64,000 bases of DNA, taken from NCBI GenBank assembly GCA_963767735.1, contig CAVYES010000004.1, forward strand, positions 512,001 to 576,000, in the 5' to 3' direction. The notes under the pieces were generated by a model. The model saw only the letters and a list, made by a program, of their open reading frames with translations, did not search any database and had not been told where the DNA came from. Shown here piece by piece: positions 10,241 to 18,996 of the stretch (positions are counted from its first letter, which is position 1; each line of letters begins with the position of its first letter). This stretch comes from Candidatus Bathyarchaeota archaeon (GTDB lineage Archaea > Thermoproteota > Bathyarchaeia > Bathyarchaeales > Bathycorpusculaceae). The translations under genes were made by a program, and so were the position numbers.

Positions 10241-11956
10241 TCACTTTGGAGCTTCTGTTTTTTTGAGGACGTTTGAAATAACTGAAATAATATTCCACAT
10301 TGTGAATATACTAAAAATCCGCGTGTACTTAGGAGCTCCGGCTTTTTTGATTACGTTGACCTCTCCGCCAGCCGTCAAGTAGCCATTGATGAACGCTTTT
10401 GCAATTGATTCAGCTTTAATGGCGCCATTAAGGGGTTGAAGGTAATGCCCCGAATAATACAGAAACACAGCGACATCCCACGACTTATCCCCCTTATCGT
10501 CTTGAGCTGCCTGCTCAAAGTCAATCATATAGATAGTGCCATCAGGTTTAACCAGCATGTTTTCCGGCTTGGAATCTCCTAAAACGACATTATGTGAATG
10601 AACCTTAGCAAGTAGTTCGCCTGCTTTCTCTATGATAGCAAGTTCCTCTTTGCATGTTTCTCGCTCTGTAGCTGTGGCTATGCGTTTGATACTTTGGCTA
10701 AGGCTTTCTCCTTCAATGTATTCCATGAAAATTAAACGCTCAGCATTGCTTACATGCAAAATCTTTGGAACCTTAAACCCTTCACTAAGCAAAAGTTCAC
10801 TTATCGCGCACTCCTTCGCAAGTCTAGCCTGGGCTGTAATGGCTAAAGGTTTTGCGCGTCTTGTACCAAGAGACCATATCGTTAACGGGAACCATTTGAA
10901 TCCAGACCAATCCTTAAAGCGTTTTGCCAGTACCTTCCTTTCAGCGCCATGCCCACGAACATTAATCAAGTAGACATCATTTAGCATTCCGCCGATGGGT
11001 TCAACTTCAACGTCTTCGCTTGGGTCTTTCAAAAGCATCTTTTGAACATATCCTTTAATGTCGATTTTATCTGCTAATGAAATCAACCCTTCTGAAGTTT
11101 GAAAGAAAACGTATTTTTGAGGATCTATAAATAGGTAGGATGAATCAGGCACTTTTCTCCAATTAATCTTTTGAGACTTCACGAAATCCTCAGTATTTTG
11201 GGAAATAATATTTATTAACTGAGGAAAAGTCCCGAATAATGATGTGAAGATTCTTCTTGGAGCGTTTTTTGACAAGTTAAGCAGTTTGATTATTGGATCC
11301 TGGCATTCTACTAAAAATCGCTTTGACATCCTTACGTAACCATTTGAGAAATAAATTTTTTCTTCCGCTTCTAGTTGCCTTAAAGCGTTATTGTAACTGA
11401 TTAAGTTTTCAGCTTCATTTAATGTAAGTCCCTTAACTAGGTCTTCGGCGTTATAGCTAAGTAAAGGGAAAATTCGGATTCTGTTCAAGAGCACCTCATA
11501 CATGAAGTATTGCGGTTTAATTTGAAAATGCTGCGTAAGCTCAGGAAAACTGGAAGCTAAATTTTGGAGTAACTCCAAAATTAAACGTTTCTTTAACGTC
11601 ACTTCTTTACTCATTAAATAGTCTTCGCCATAAAGAGGAGAGTGGGGGAAAATTAGTTTACTTGCAATGGCTTCGCCCAGAAGGCCTATTCCGATGTCTC
11701 GCTCGAAAATCCATTGATCAACCGCAAGAACAAAAATGGTTTGTTCATTGAATGTTTTTATGTATCTCATTATTCTTGGTTGAAAATTTTTGATTACAAG
11801 CATTACGTCGATTATTGTTTTCTCATTGATTGTTTTGTTTGAATAGTTGTCAACGTGGGCTATAGCGGTGATACTTGCGGAGCCTGCGACATGTCTACAA
11901 AACTCGAGTATTTGGTTATTTAATTCATCGTTTGTGAGGTTGCTAATTTGTTTCAA
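10241..11956 (-). CDS. Protein kinase-like phosphotransferase (Bud32/RIO/Kdo-like C-terminal domain) with long N-terminal region
   Basis: FMEYIEG, HNVVLGDSKPENM, MIDFEQA. Confidence 0.75.
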   Translation of the reverse strand: MKQISNLTNDELNNQILEFCRHVAGSASITAIAHVDNYSNKTINEKTIIDVMLVIKNFQPRIMRYIKTFNEQTIFVLAVDQWIFERDIGIGLLGEAIASKLIFPHSPLYGEDYLMSKEVTLKKRLILELLQNLASSFPELTQHFQIKPQYFMYEVLLNRIRIFPLLSYNAEDLVKGLTLNEAENLISYNNALRQLEAEEKIYFSNGYVRMSKRFLVECQDPIIKLLNLSKNAPRRIFTSLFGTFPQLINIISQNTEDFVKSQKINWRKVPDSSYLFIDPQKYVFFQTSEGLISLADKIDIKGYVQKMLLKDPSEDVEVEPIGGMLNDVYLINVRGHGAERKVLAKRFKDWSGFKWFPLTIWSLGTRRAKPLAITAQARLAKECAISELLLSEGFKVPKILHVSNAERLIFMEYIEGESLSQSIKRIATATERETCKEELAIIEKAGELLAKVHSHNVVLGDSKPENMLVKPDGTIYMIDFEQAAQDDKGDKSWDVAVFLYYSGHYLQPLNGAIKAESIAKAFINGYLTAGGEVNVIKKAGAPKYTRIFSIFTMWNIISVISNVLKKTEAPK

Positions 11957-12087
11957 TTGAGTCTTCCAATATAGAATTAACTGTGGATATATTTAAAACA
12001 CGGTTGTCAAAAGTTGGCAAGTAACTTTTTGGGTAAATACCAAAGCCAAGAAAAGGCTACTTTCCTCCCGAAACGCCCTTATTTTTC

Positions 12088-12522
12088 TTAGCGCATTTGT
12101 AATGCTAAGTGGTTCGTTTGTGCACTTATCCCTTTCTTAGCTATCATAGCTACACCCGGCTGGGCAGACGGCTCCATAGTTTCTGTGTTTGTTTGTGTTC
12201 CTATTTTTCGGCATATCAAGTTTAGAGACTCTTCAGTGAAGTTCAGCATGTTTTGTCCATCGCTTGTCAAGCTGTAAATTTTTCTTGGCCTATCAAAGTT
12301 CATGTTCCACTCGCTTTTTACGAAGCCTTTCTTTTCAAGAGTATTTAGCAGGGGATAGACGGTGCTTGGGCCGAAGTATACGCCAAAGTTTTTGCGGGTT
12401 TTGGTTATTATTTGGTATCCGTGCATCGGTTGTCCGCTTAGAAACTGCAGTATTATCAGGTCTAGTAGGCCTTTGGTTAGTTTGGTTGAAACCTCTTTTT
12501 GAGAATTTATCGCTTTTAACAT
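12088..12522 (-). CDS. PadR-family transcriptional regulator
   Basis: PMHGYQI, GPSTVYPLL, RPRKIYSLT. Confidence 0.9.
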   Translation of the reverse strand: MLKAINSQKEVSTKLTKGLLDLIILQFLSGQPMHGYQIITKTRKNFGVYFGPSTVYPLLNTLEKKGFVKSEWNMNFDRPRKIYSLTSDGQNMLNFTEESLNLICRKIGTQTNTETMEPSAQPGVAMIAKKGISAQTNHLALQMR

Positions 12523-12762
12523 TTTTCTCTTTCTCCTCAAGTGTTTATCTGTCGAACAGTTTTGCTGTTCTACGTATATACAATATGTCCTTTTTCGGAC
12601 ATATCTTGAGTATGTAATATTAATAGACGCTAATATAAAGCTTCATACATAACCTAAGCATACACTAACATACCAACGCAATATGCAATAAAGCAAAATT
12701 AACGCAAACTAAATAAATCGAAACGTAAAACAGTCCCTATTATCGCCGACAGGAAAGAAACT

Positions 12763-13095
12763 ATGTCTGAAAGATACAGAAAAGAAATTGTACAACACAT
12801 AATCAGAAACTTACTTGACATGCAACTTTTACGAATAGTACAAGCTCAACCAACATGGGGATATAACATCAAAAAACAAGTAGAAGCAGATTTCAGCATA
12901 AAACTAAGACATAGCGCACTCTACCCCGCGTTAAACTCTCTTGAGCAAAGAGGGTTTCTTGAAAGCAAAAAGCAGCAAAAAGATGGGCGTTCCCGCAAAG
13001 TCTACGCCATAACCGAAAACGGCAAAACTTACCTACAAACCTACTACGATATACTTCAAAGTCAATGCGGCAGTGAAACTGTAAAAACCAGTTAA
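12763..13095 (+). CDS. PadR-family transcriptional regulator
   Basis: TWGYNI, SALYPAL, RSRKVYAITENG; divergent from the other PadR. Confidence 0.88.
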   Translation: MSERYRKEIVQHIIRNLLDMQLLRIVQAQPTWGYNIKKQVEADFSIKLRHSALYPALNSLEQRGFLESKKQQKDGRSRKVYAITENGKTYLQTYYDILQSQCGSETVKTS

Positions 13096-13226
13096 GCTTA
13101 ACCTGCGTTGTTCCTAAGAAAATTTTGTTTTTGAATCATTTTGTACACGTTAACTGCGTAGTCAATGGATAAGCATGAAAAAGCTTTTATTCTAAAAAAG
13201 ATGACAAGGAATCAGAGGGAAAAGCG

Positions 13227-13895
13227 ATGAATTTAGAATCAAGCAAGACCTTGGGCGGCGTTGGAGCGATACTAATCTTAATAGGTTCATTGGTTTCCAC
13301 CTATACTTTTGGTGTTCTTGATCTTATTGGCGTAATAATGGTTTTCATTGCACTGAACGGTTTAGCGAACTATTATAAAGAAAGTGGCATATTTACTAAC
13401 GCGATTTACAGCCTCGTTGCAGGTATAGTAGGCGTAGTAGTAGCGGTTGCGGCGGCTCTCTACATAATTTTTGACACATCCCTAGTTACAAACCTGATTC
13501 GAGATGTTTATCCGACGTGGAACGGCAGCTGGTCAACAATTTCATCATTACGCGGTATGACCCCAACCACTTCAAATATACCCATGGGCGATGTTACATC
13601 AGCATTAGGGGCGATATTTTTAGTCGTAGTGGTTCTATGGGTTTTCGCTATTGTCGCAGCGTTCTTCGCCAGACGATCACTCAAAACACTTTCATCAAAA
13701 GCAAGTGTAGGCTTATTCTCAACGGGTGCCTTACTGCTTATAATTGGTGCATTTCTATTAATAATTTTCATAGGCGCTATTCTAATGTGGATCGCAGTAC
13801 TGTTAATTGCAATCGCCTTCTTCCAAATAAAACCGCAACCCGAACAACCCATGACAACAATGACTCCTCCACAATCAACACCGATGCCAACTTAA
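13227..13895 (+). CDS. DUF996 family membrane protein
   Basis: KTLGGVGAIL N-terminus, multiple TM helices, IAIAFF C-terminus. Confidence 0.8.
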   Translation: MNLESSKTLGGVGAILILIGSLVSTYTFGVLDLIGVIMVFIALNGLANYYKESGIFTNAIYSLVAGIVGVVVAVAAALYIIFDTSLVTNLIRDVYPTWNGSWSTISSLRGMTPTTSNIPMGDVTSALGAIFLVVVVLWVFAIVAAFFARRSLKTLSSKASVGLFSTGALLLIIGAFLLIIFIGAILMWIAVLLIAIAFFQIKPQPEQPMTTMTPPQSTPMPT

Positions 13896-14220
13896 AACCC
13901 AAAAAAACTCCATTTTTTTATTTTTTGTTTCTACAGCAAAGCGCTTATTTTCACGTGGATTGATCTCATGCGGGAGAGCTTGGATGAAAAGAGGCGAAGC
14001 GAGAGCTCTGTTGATTGGAAATATTGTTTCTAGCTTCATAAATCCTAAATGTTAAAGCGCCAATTTTTCAGTGAAAATTCATGTTGACTATTCCCATAGA
14101 GGTTCTGCGGTTAGACGCAGAAAATGCAGCAGCCACATTGCAAGAAAAGAAACTGGCAATAGCGAATATACATTGCGTTTCAGCACCATTTGATCTATCT
14201 ATCCTCAGGATGAAATAAAT

Positions 14221-16056
14221 ATGAAGAAACTACAAATCATAATAATCGCATTTCTAATTTCGTTATCAATCTGTGCATTCGCAAGTATGCAAGTCAAAGC
14301 TGATCCTTGGTATCAAGTGTCTTTCATTCAGACTGGAATAAGCAGCGAAGCTGGTTCTAACACTGTTCTTACGGTGGGAGAAGAAACGTACGCTTGGAAT
14401 ACTTTGCCCACTAACCTTTGGGTTGATAATGGAACAACATTTACTTGGTCATCTACTGTCGCAGGCAATTCAGGTGAGCAATTTGCTTTGACGAGCGATG
14501 ACGGCGGTCTTACTTCGCCCATAACAGCCTCAGGAACAGAGTCGGCGACTTACACGACTCAGTACCAAGTGACTTTTGATGCTTCAAGCAACGTTAAAGG
14601 GGACAGTTCCGCTACTATCGTGACTGTCAACGGGGTTTCTGAGACCGCGACAAGTTTGCCTTATAGCGTGTGGGTTGACAGCGGCAGTTCAGTTACGTAT
14701 AATTTTGCGAGTCCAGTGGCCAGTTCTTCAGCGACCAATACTCAGTATCGTTGGGGTACCACGAGTGGGCTTGATACGTCTCAGTCCGATATTTTGACTG
14801 TTACGGTTGCTGGCACGGTTACTGGCAACTACGTGACTCAGTATGATTTGCAGTTTGCTCAGTCAGGTCTCGATAGTTCGGCGCAGGGTGATATCGTCTC
14901 CGTCACCGTGGGAGCTAACCCAACGGTCAACCTAGTTCAAAGCCAGTTCCCCTACGACTTTGGCTACGTGGACCAAGGCACGACTATAACGTACACTTTC
15001 ACCTCTACGGTCGGCAGCTCTAACAGCGGTGAGCAGTTTGTTCTTACTACGCCAGCAGCTACACCTGCATCAGGTTTTTCTCTTGATGGAGCGACTACCG
15101 TTACTGGCACCTACCAAACTCAGTTCTTGGTGACTTTTGTCGCGAGTCCTTCTGGTAGCGGGTCAACGTCTCCTGCCGGCACCAATGTTTGGGAGAATGC
15201 CGGTACTCTTTCCTTAACAGCTACACCTAACGCCGGTTACACTTTTTCCACTTGGTCGTCTAACACTGAATCAATCACATTTAACAATGCTAATTCTGCT
15301 TCAGCAACAGCGACGATAGGCGGAACAGGTACCATCACTGCGACTTTCGCTATTAACACCTACACGATTACGGTTACTCAGGGGTCAAATGGTCAGATTT
15401 CTCCTGGTACAAATTCTGTTAATTATGGCGCTACTGCGAGCTACATCATTACGCCTGCCACTAACTATTTCATTGCAAGCATAACTGTTGATGGTTCTTC
15501 AGTAGCGGTTACTTCATCTTTGGGTCAAACAGTTGGCTTCACTAATGTTCAGGCTGATCACTCGATCACTGCAACTTACGCGCCAAACAACTATAGGCTC
15601 ACAGTATACACAAATGGTCAAGGCTCAGTAACTCCTGGCAACGGAACCTACCCATACGACACTGTGGTTAATTTGACAGCGACAAGCGCGGACGGCTGGA
15701 CTTTTGAAGGCTGGAGCAGCGAAGCTACCGGTCTAACAACCACAGTTAACATGAGTGCGGATCAGACGATAACCGCCGATTTTATGCAAAATCTTCCAAC
15801 AACTCCTACGCCAACTCCGACTCCAACATCTACGGTTAGTCCCACACCTGCACCAACCCCAACGCCAACAACCCCGTCTACACCTACAAGCACCCCTACC
15901 GCAACAGCTAAACCGCCTGCAGCAACCCAGACGCTTTTACTTGCGGCAATGGGTCAATTCCTCCCTGTCATAGCGGCTGTAATCATCCTCGGAGCCATAA
16001 TAACAGGGTTGCTCTTTCAGAAAAGAAAACGCCCAAACATAATCGTTCTAAGTTAA
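14221..16056 (+). CDS. Secreted, membrane-anchored cell-surface protein with beta-sandwich/InlB B-like repeats and PT-rich linker
   Basis: Signal peptide, repeated Y-x-TQY-x-VTF units, TPNAGYTFSTWS and GWTFEGWS repeats, Pro/Thr stalk, C-terminal TM plus basic tail. Confidence 0.8.
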   Translation: MKKLQIIIIAFLISLSICAFASMQVKADPWYQVSFIQTGISSEAGSNTVLTVGEETYAWNTLPTNLWVDNGTTFTWSSTVAGNSGEQFALTSDDGGLTSPITASGTESATYTTQYQVTFDASSNVKGDSSATIVTVNGVSETATSLPYSVWVDSGSSVTYNFASPVASSSATNTQYRWGTTSGLDTSQSDILTVTVAGTVTGNYVTQYDLQFAQSGLDSSAQGDIVSVTVGANPTVNLVQSQFPYDFGYVDQGTTITYTFTSTVGSSNSGEQFVLTTPAATPASGFSLDGATTVTGTYQTQFLVTFVASPSGSGSTSPAGTNVWENAGTLSLTATPNAGYTFSTWSSNTESITFNNANSASATATIGGTGTITATFAINTYTITVTQGSNGQISPGTNSVNYGATASYIITPATNYFIASITVDGSSVAVTSSLGQTVGFTNVQADHSITATYAPNNYRLTVYTNGQGSVTPGNGTYPYDTVVNLTATSADGWTFEGWSSEATGLTTTVNMSADQTITADFMQNLPTTPTPTPTPTSTVSPTPAPTPTPTTPSTPTSTPTATAKPPAATQTLLLAAMGQFLPVIAAVIILGAIITGLLFQKRKRPNIIVLS

Positions 16057-16108
16057 AAGAAGGCAAAAAGTCCTTATCTATTTTATTTATTTAGTACTTG
16101 GCTTCTAA

Positions 16109-16241
16109 TTAGGGCTTTTGTGTGTGCGCTACATTCTACCCCCCGGTCTGCTAGATGCTCCTATTAGATGCCTAACATGATTCAACATAGTTCAACATAG
16201 ACGAAAGGTCCCGCACTTTCTATGCAGAACAGTGCTTTTTC
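16109..16241 (-). repeat. Dispersed ~130-bp non-coding repeat, copy 2 (inverted)
   Basis: Reverse complement aligns with 8056..8186. Confidence 0.9.
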
Positions 16242-16512
16242 AACATGGATGCGTGTTTTTTACTTGCTTTTTTATAGGTGTGCTATTGCATAAGAGACGA
16301 TTGTTAACACGCAAAGTGCGATGCATATGGGTGCCCCCGCTTTTCTTGAAAAAATCGTCGCGTAATATTCCGAAATCTCAGTCTTTAGGGCCGATTTGAG
16401 CCCTCTAAAGCAACGTCTTACCCTAAAATCCACTGGACTCTACCTTCTCCAAGCCAATTAGAAAAGTTGCTCCTAATAAATTTCGTTCCGCACCTGTAAT
16501 ATGGCTGAAAGC

Positions 16513-16719
16513 TTAAGATTTCATTTCACGCTTGTTTTGCGTTCGAGCTAACAAAGCACCTGATATGCCTAAAACAAAACCTAGTAACTCTAAACCCGCG
16601 GTGGCACCATCGTATGGGGCTTTTAAAGCAAAAAATTCAATCCCCAAATAGATTAGGACTGCCGAACCAACTGCAAAAAGAAAAAACCCCGCCAATCTTA
16701 AACGTCTCATGATGTGCAC
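16513..16719 (-). CDS. Small two-TM membrane protein
   Basis: Two hydrophobic helices, basic termini, TTTAAG TATA-like box upstream. Confidence 0.6.
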   Translation of the reverse strand: MHIMRRLRLAGFFLFAVGSAVLIYLGIEFFALKAPYDGATAGLELLGFVLGISGALLARTQNKREMKS

Positions 16720-16806
16720 GAACTTTGTATTAGTTTGAACCTAGCTTAAAAAATTTTATTCTCAAGAAAGTAGAGGACTATGAAGCCAACCGTGGGGAAA
16801 GGTCTT

Positions 16807-17127
16807 TCATTCTGTTATGTATTTGACCTGCTTTTGGAGTTTGAACGCTAAGTAAAGGTTTAGAATCACCGCAAGTATGAGTAAAATCAGACCAAAATTA
16901 AAGTCATTAAAAACTAGAATATCATATCCTGCTTTTGTACCGCCAAACTGGATGGATACGGGAAAGTGAGAGTTTACTGCTACCTGATACATCCCATTTA
17001 ACCCTGAATATTCAGCCCAATTCCAAAGCAAGTATAATGCAATAAAAAAAGCGTTAGATAAAACCATTAACTTGAATTCTTTTTTGAGCATTCCTGACCA
17101 ACTTGAAATAATATGTTTATTATCCAA
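16807..17127 (-). CDS. Small two-TM membrane protein
   Basis: Shares N-x6-Y and N-x-[PG]-L-x5-A-x3-N motifs with two repeats in 17592..18395. Confidence 0.7.
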   Translation of the reverse strand: MDNKHIISSWSGMLKKEFKLMVLSNAFFIALYLLWNWAEYSGLNGMYQVAVNSHFPVSIQFGGTKAGYDILVFNDFNFGLILLILAVILNLYLAFKLQKQVKYITE

Positions 17128-17261
17128 TTGGTTACTAACCGCTTTTATGACTTATGATTAGAACGATTGTACTTAAAATTAAAACGTGCTAGACGGTTGG
17201 TACACCCTACTGTGGGAAAAGGTCTTACTTACCAATTACGGTTTTTTCGATAGGGTTGCAA

Positions 17262-17510
17262 CTAGGCATCATTGTCAAAATAATGAAAACCTAACTCCCT
17301 TAATCCAAGAACAATAAGCACAATTCCAAGAATCGCGAATGTTACGGCAATAACAATTGCGAACCATACAGGTACGGTGTTTGCAGGTAGGGTGCTTGCA
17401 TATGTAAAACTACTAAACATTTCGCTATATATTCCGAGACCGATTCCAATAAGCAGTAAAGCGATTCCTATAATTAGTATTATTTCACCAAAGCCTTTGT
17501 TACCCAACAA
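17262..17510 (-). CDS. Small two-TM membrane protein
   Basis: Two hydrophobic helices; AAAAACTTAAA promoter-like element upstream. Confidence 0.6.
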   Translation of the reverse strand: MLGNKGFGEIILIIGIALLLIGIGLGIYSEMFSSFTYASTLPANTVPVWFAIVIAVTFAILGIVLIVLGLRELGFHYFDNDA

Positions 17511-17591
17511 TCAATCCCTGTCGGTTTTAATTAGTAATACCTTCCTACATTCAGGTTTTAAGTTTTTGTATCGCTTGACGTGGGAAAAGCT

Positions 17592-18395
17592 CTACAAATG
17601 GTTGATACTAACTTGCTTAATGACTTTAATCACTATCAACACGTTCAGAATTAATGCTAAAGCAAAAATGAGTAAAGGCATATTGATGTATGTTAAAGTA
17701 TCGCTGTAATTTATTGTGAAGGAACTTACCCATAAACCGTAATGTGAACTTATTGTGTGTCCATTTGTCATGTCATACCATACAAAATCTTCCAGCCCAA
17801 TGTAGGCAACTATCAAAAGAAAGTTAAGCAAAATAGCCATCGGCACATTCAACCAACCACTTCTTGGGTTGATATTGCCCGAGTTTCTGCTTTTTAGCGT
17901 CATTATAGAGATGAAAACGATATTTACAATACATGCTGTTATGAAAAAGCATAGAGGTGTATTTTGGAAAAAGAAAGTACCCGTACCAGCACCCGATAAT
18001 GGGAAATAGTAAAAAGTATTTATCAAAAAGTTGTATGTCGGATAGTATCCACTAAAATTAATTACACCTTCCATGTTAAACCATGCCAAAGCATCAAACG
18101 ATATATAGAGAATAAGCAATAGGATATTGAGAAAAATAGCCCCTTTAAGCCAATCACTTAGTTCGTCACTTTTCAAAGTTTTCTTTATGGTGTTTGTTAT
18201 AGCAGTAAAGCTCAGAAGAATAAGGAAGCTACCTATTGCAATGCAAATTAGACTTCCGAAGTAAAGTAAAAATGCAGAAAATAAGTTATAGGGTTCAGCT
18301 CCGGGCAGTAATGCTTCATGCAAAAATAGACTCCCAAATATAATGATAACTATTCCCGCTGTTGTAAATTGAGCGTTGATTTTCGGCAGTTTCAT
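17592..18395 (-). CDS. Six-TM membrane protein built from three two-TM modules
   Basis: Internal duplication (W..AI.LN.LL...YI..; N.PL..F..A.I.N). Confidence 0.75.
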   Translation of the reverse strand: MKLPKINAQFTTAGIVIIIFGSLFLHEALLPGAEPYNLFSAFLLYFGSLICIAIGSFLILLSFTAITNTIKKTLKSDELSDWLKGAIFLNILLLILYISFDALAWFNMEGVINFSGYYPTYNFLINTFYYFPLSGAGTGTFFFQNTPLCFFITACIVNIVFISIMTLKSRNSGNINPRSGWLNVPMAILLNFLLIVAYIGLEDFVWYDMTNGHTISSHYGLWVSSFTINYSDTLTYINMPLLIFALALILNVLIVIKVIKQVSINHL

Positions 18396-18615
18396 GTTGT
18401 CACTTGTTCTCTTTTTTTAGAATAAAAGGCTATTCGTAAAAGTTCCTTGACTGGCATTAGTCAAACTTTCTTGACTGATAGGGATCAGTATACACTTGCT
18501 TGGGAAGAGGTTAAGTTATTTCTGATAGTTTGACAGGTGGATAAATAAAAAAGTCCAGAATGTGCTTAATCTGTCTCTCAAGCACTTTTTTCAACAGTTT
18601 TTGGAGGTGAAAAAA

Positions 18616-18864
18616 ATGCATAAACAAAGAAATTGCAAAATCTGCAAGTCAGACTTCGCAATAGTTTTACTTTTCATGAACCATTGCAATCACATGCCTT
18701 ATGTAGAACTAATCGAGAGATATGAAAAATACATCCCACGTCTGAATTTATATAATATCTCTACCCATTTCAATAGACACATGGAGCAAAAAGATATCAT
18801 TGAAGATGAAGCTTGCAAAAAACGTTTTGACAAAGAAAAGCAAGAACCGCAAGCTAACGATTAA
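18616..18864 (+). CDS. Small CxxC...HxxxH putative zinc-binding protein
   Basis: GGAGGTGA RBS, CKIC and STHFNRH motifs. Confidence 0.65.
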   Translation: MHKQRNCKICKSDFAIVLLFMNHCNHMPYVELIERYEKYIPRLNLYNISTHFNRHMEQKDIIEDEACKKRFDKEKQEPQAND

Positions 18865-18996
18865 GTTTAGGCACTGTCAAAAAATTGAATAATTGTCCAT
18901 GGAAGATTTAAAGCATGAGCAAAGCTCCGCTGGCGAGAATCGATACCCCAACGTCTCTAAAAGATATCTGATTGAACTACAAAAATTTTCATCGAA

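Noticed and set aside
15800-15905. Pro/Thr low-complexity repeats (also 19130..19290)
   Set aside because: Ordinary stalk regions of archaeal surface proteins.
17230-17264. Pyrrolysine or amber readthrough of the TAG at 17262
   Set aside because: Readthrough adds only ~11 residues and no pyl genes are visible; a late mutation explains it more simply.
16790-18513. Classical integron attC sites
   Set aside because: No RYYYAAC...GTTRRRY boxes with a long palindrome, and no integrase in the window.
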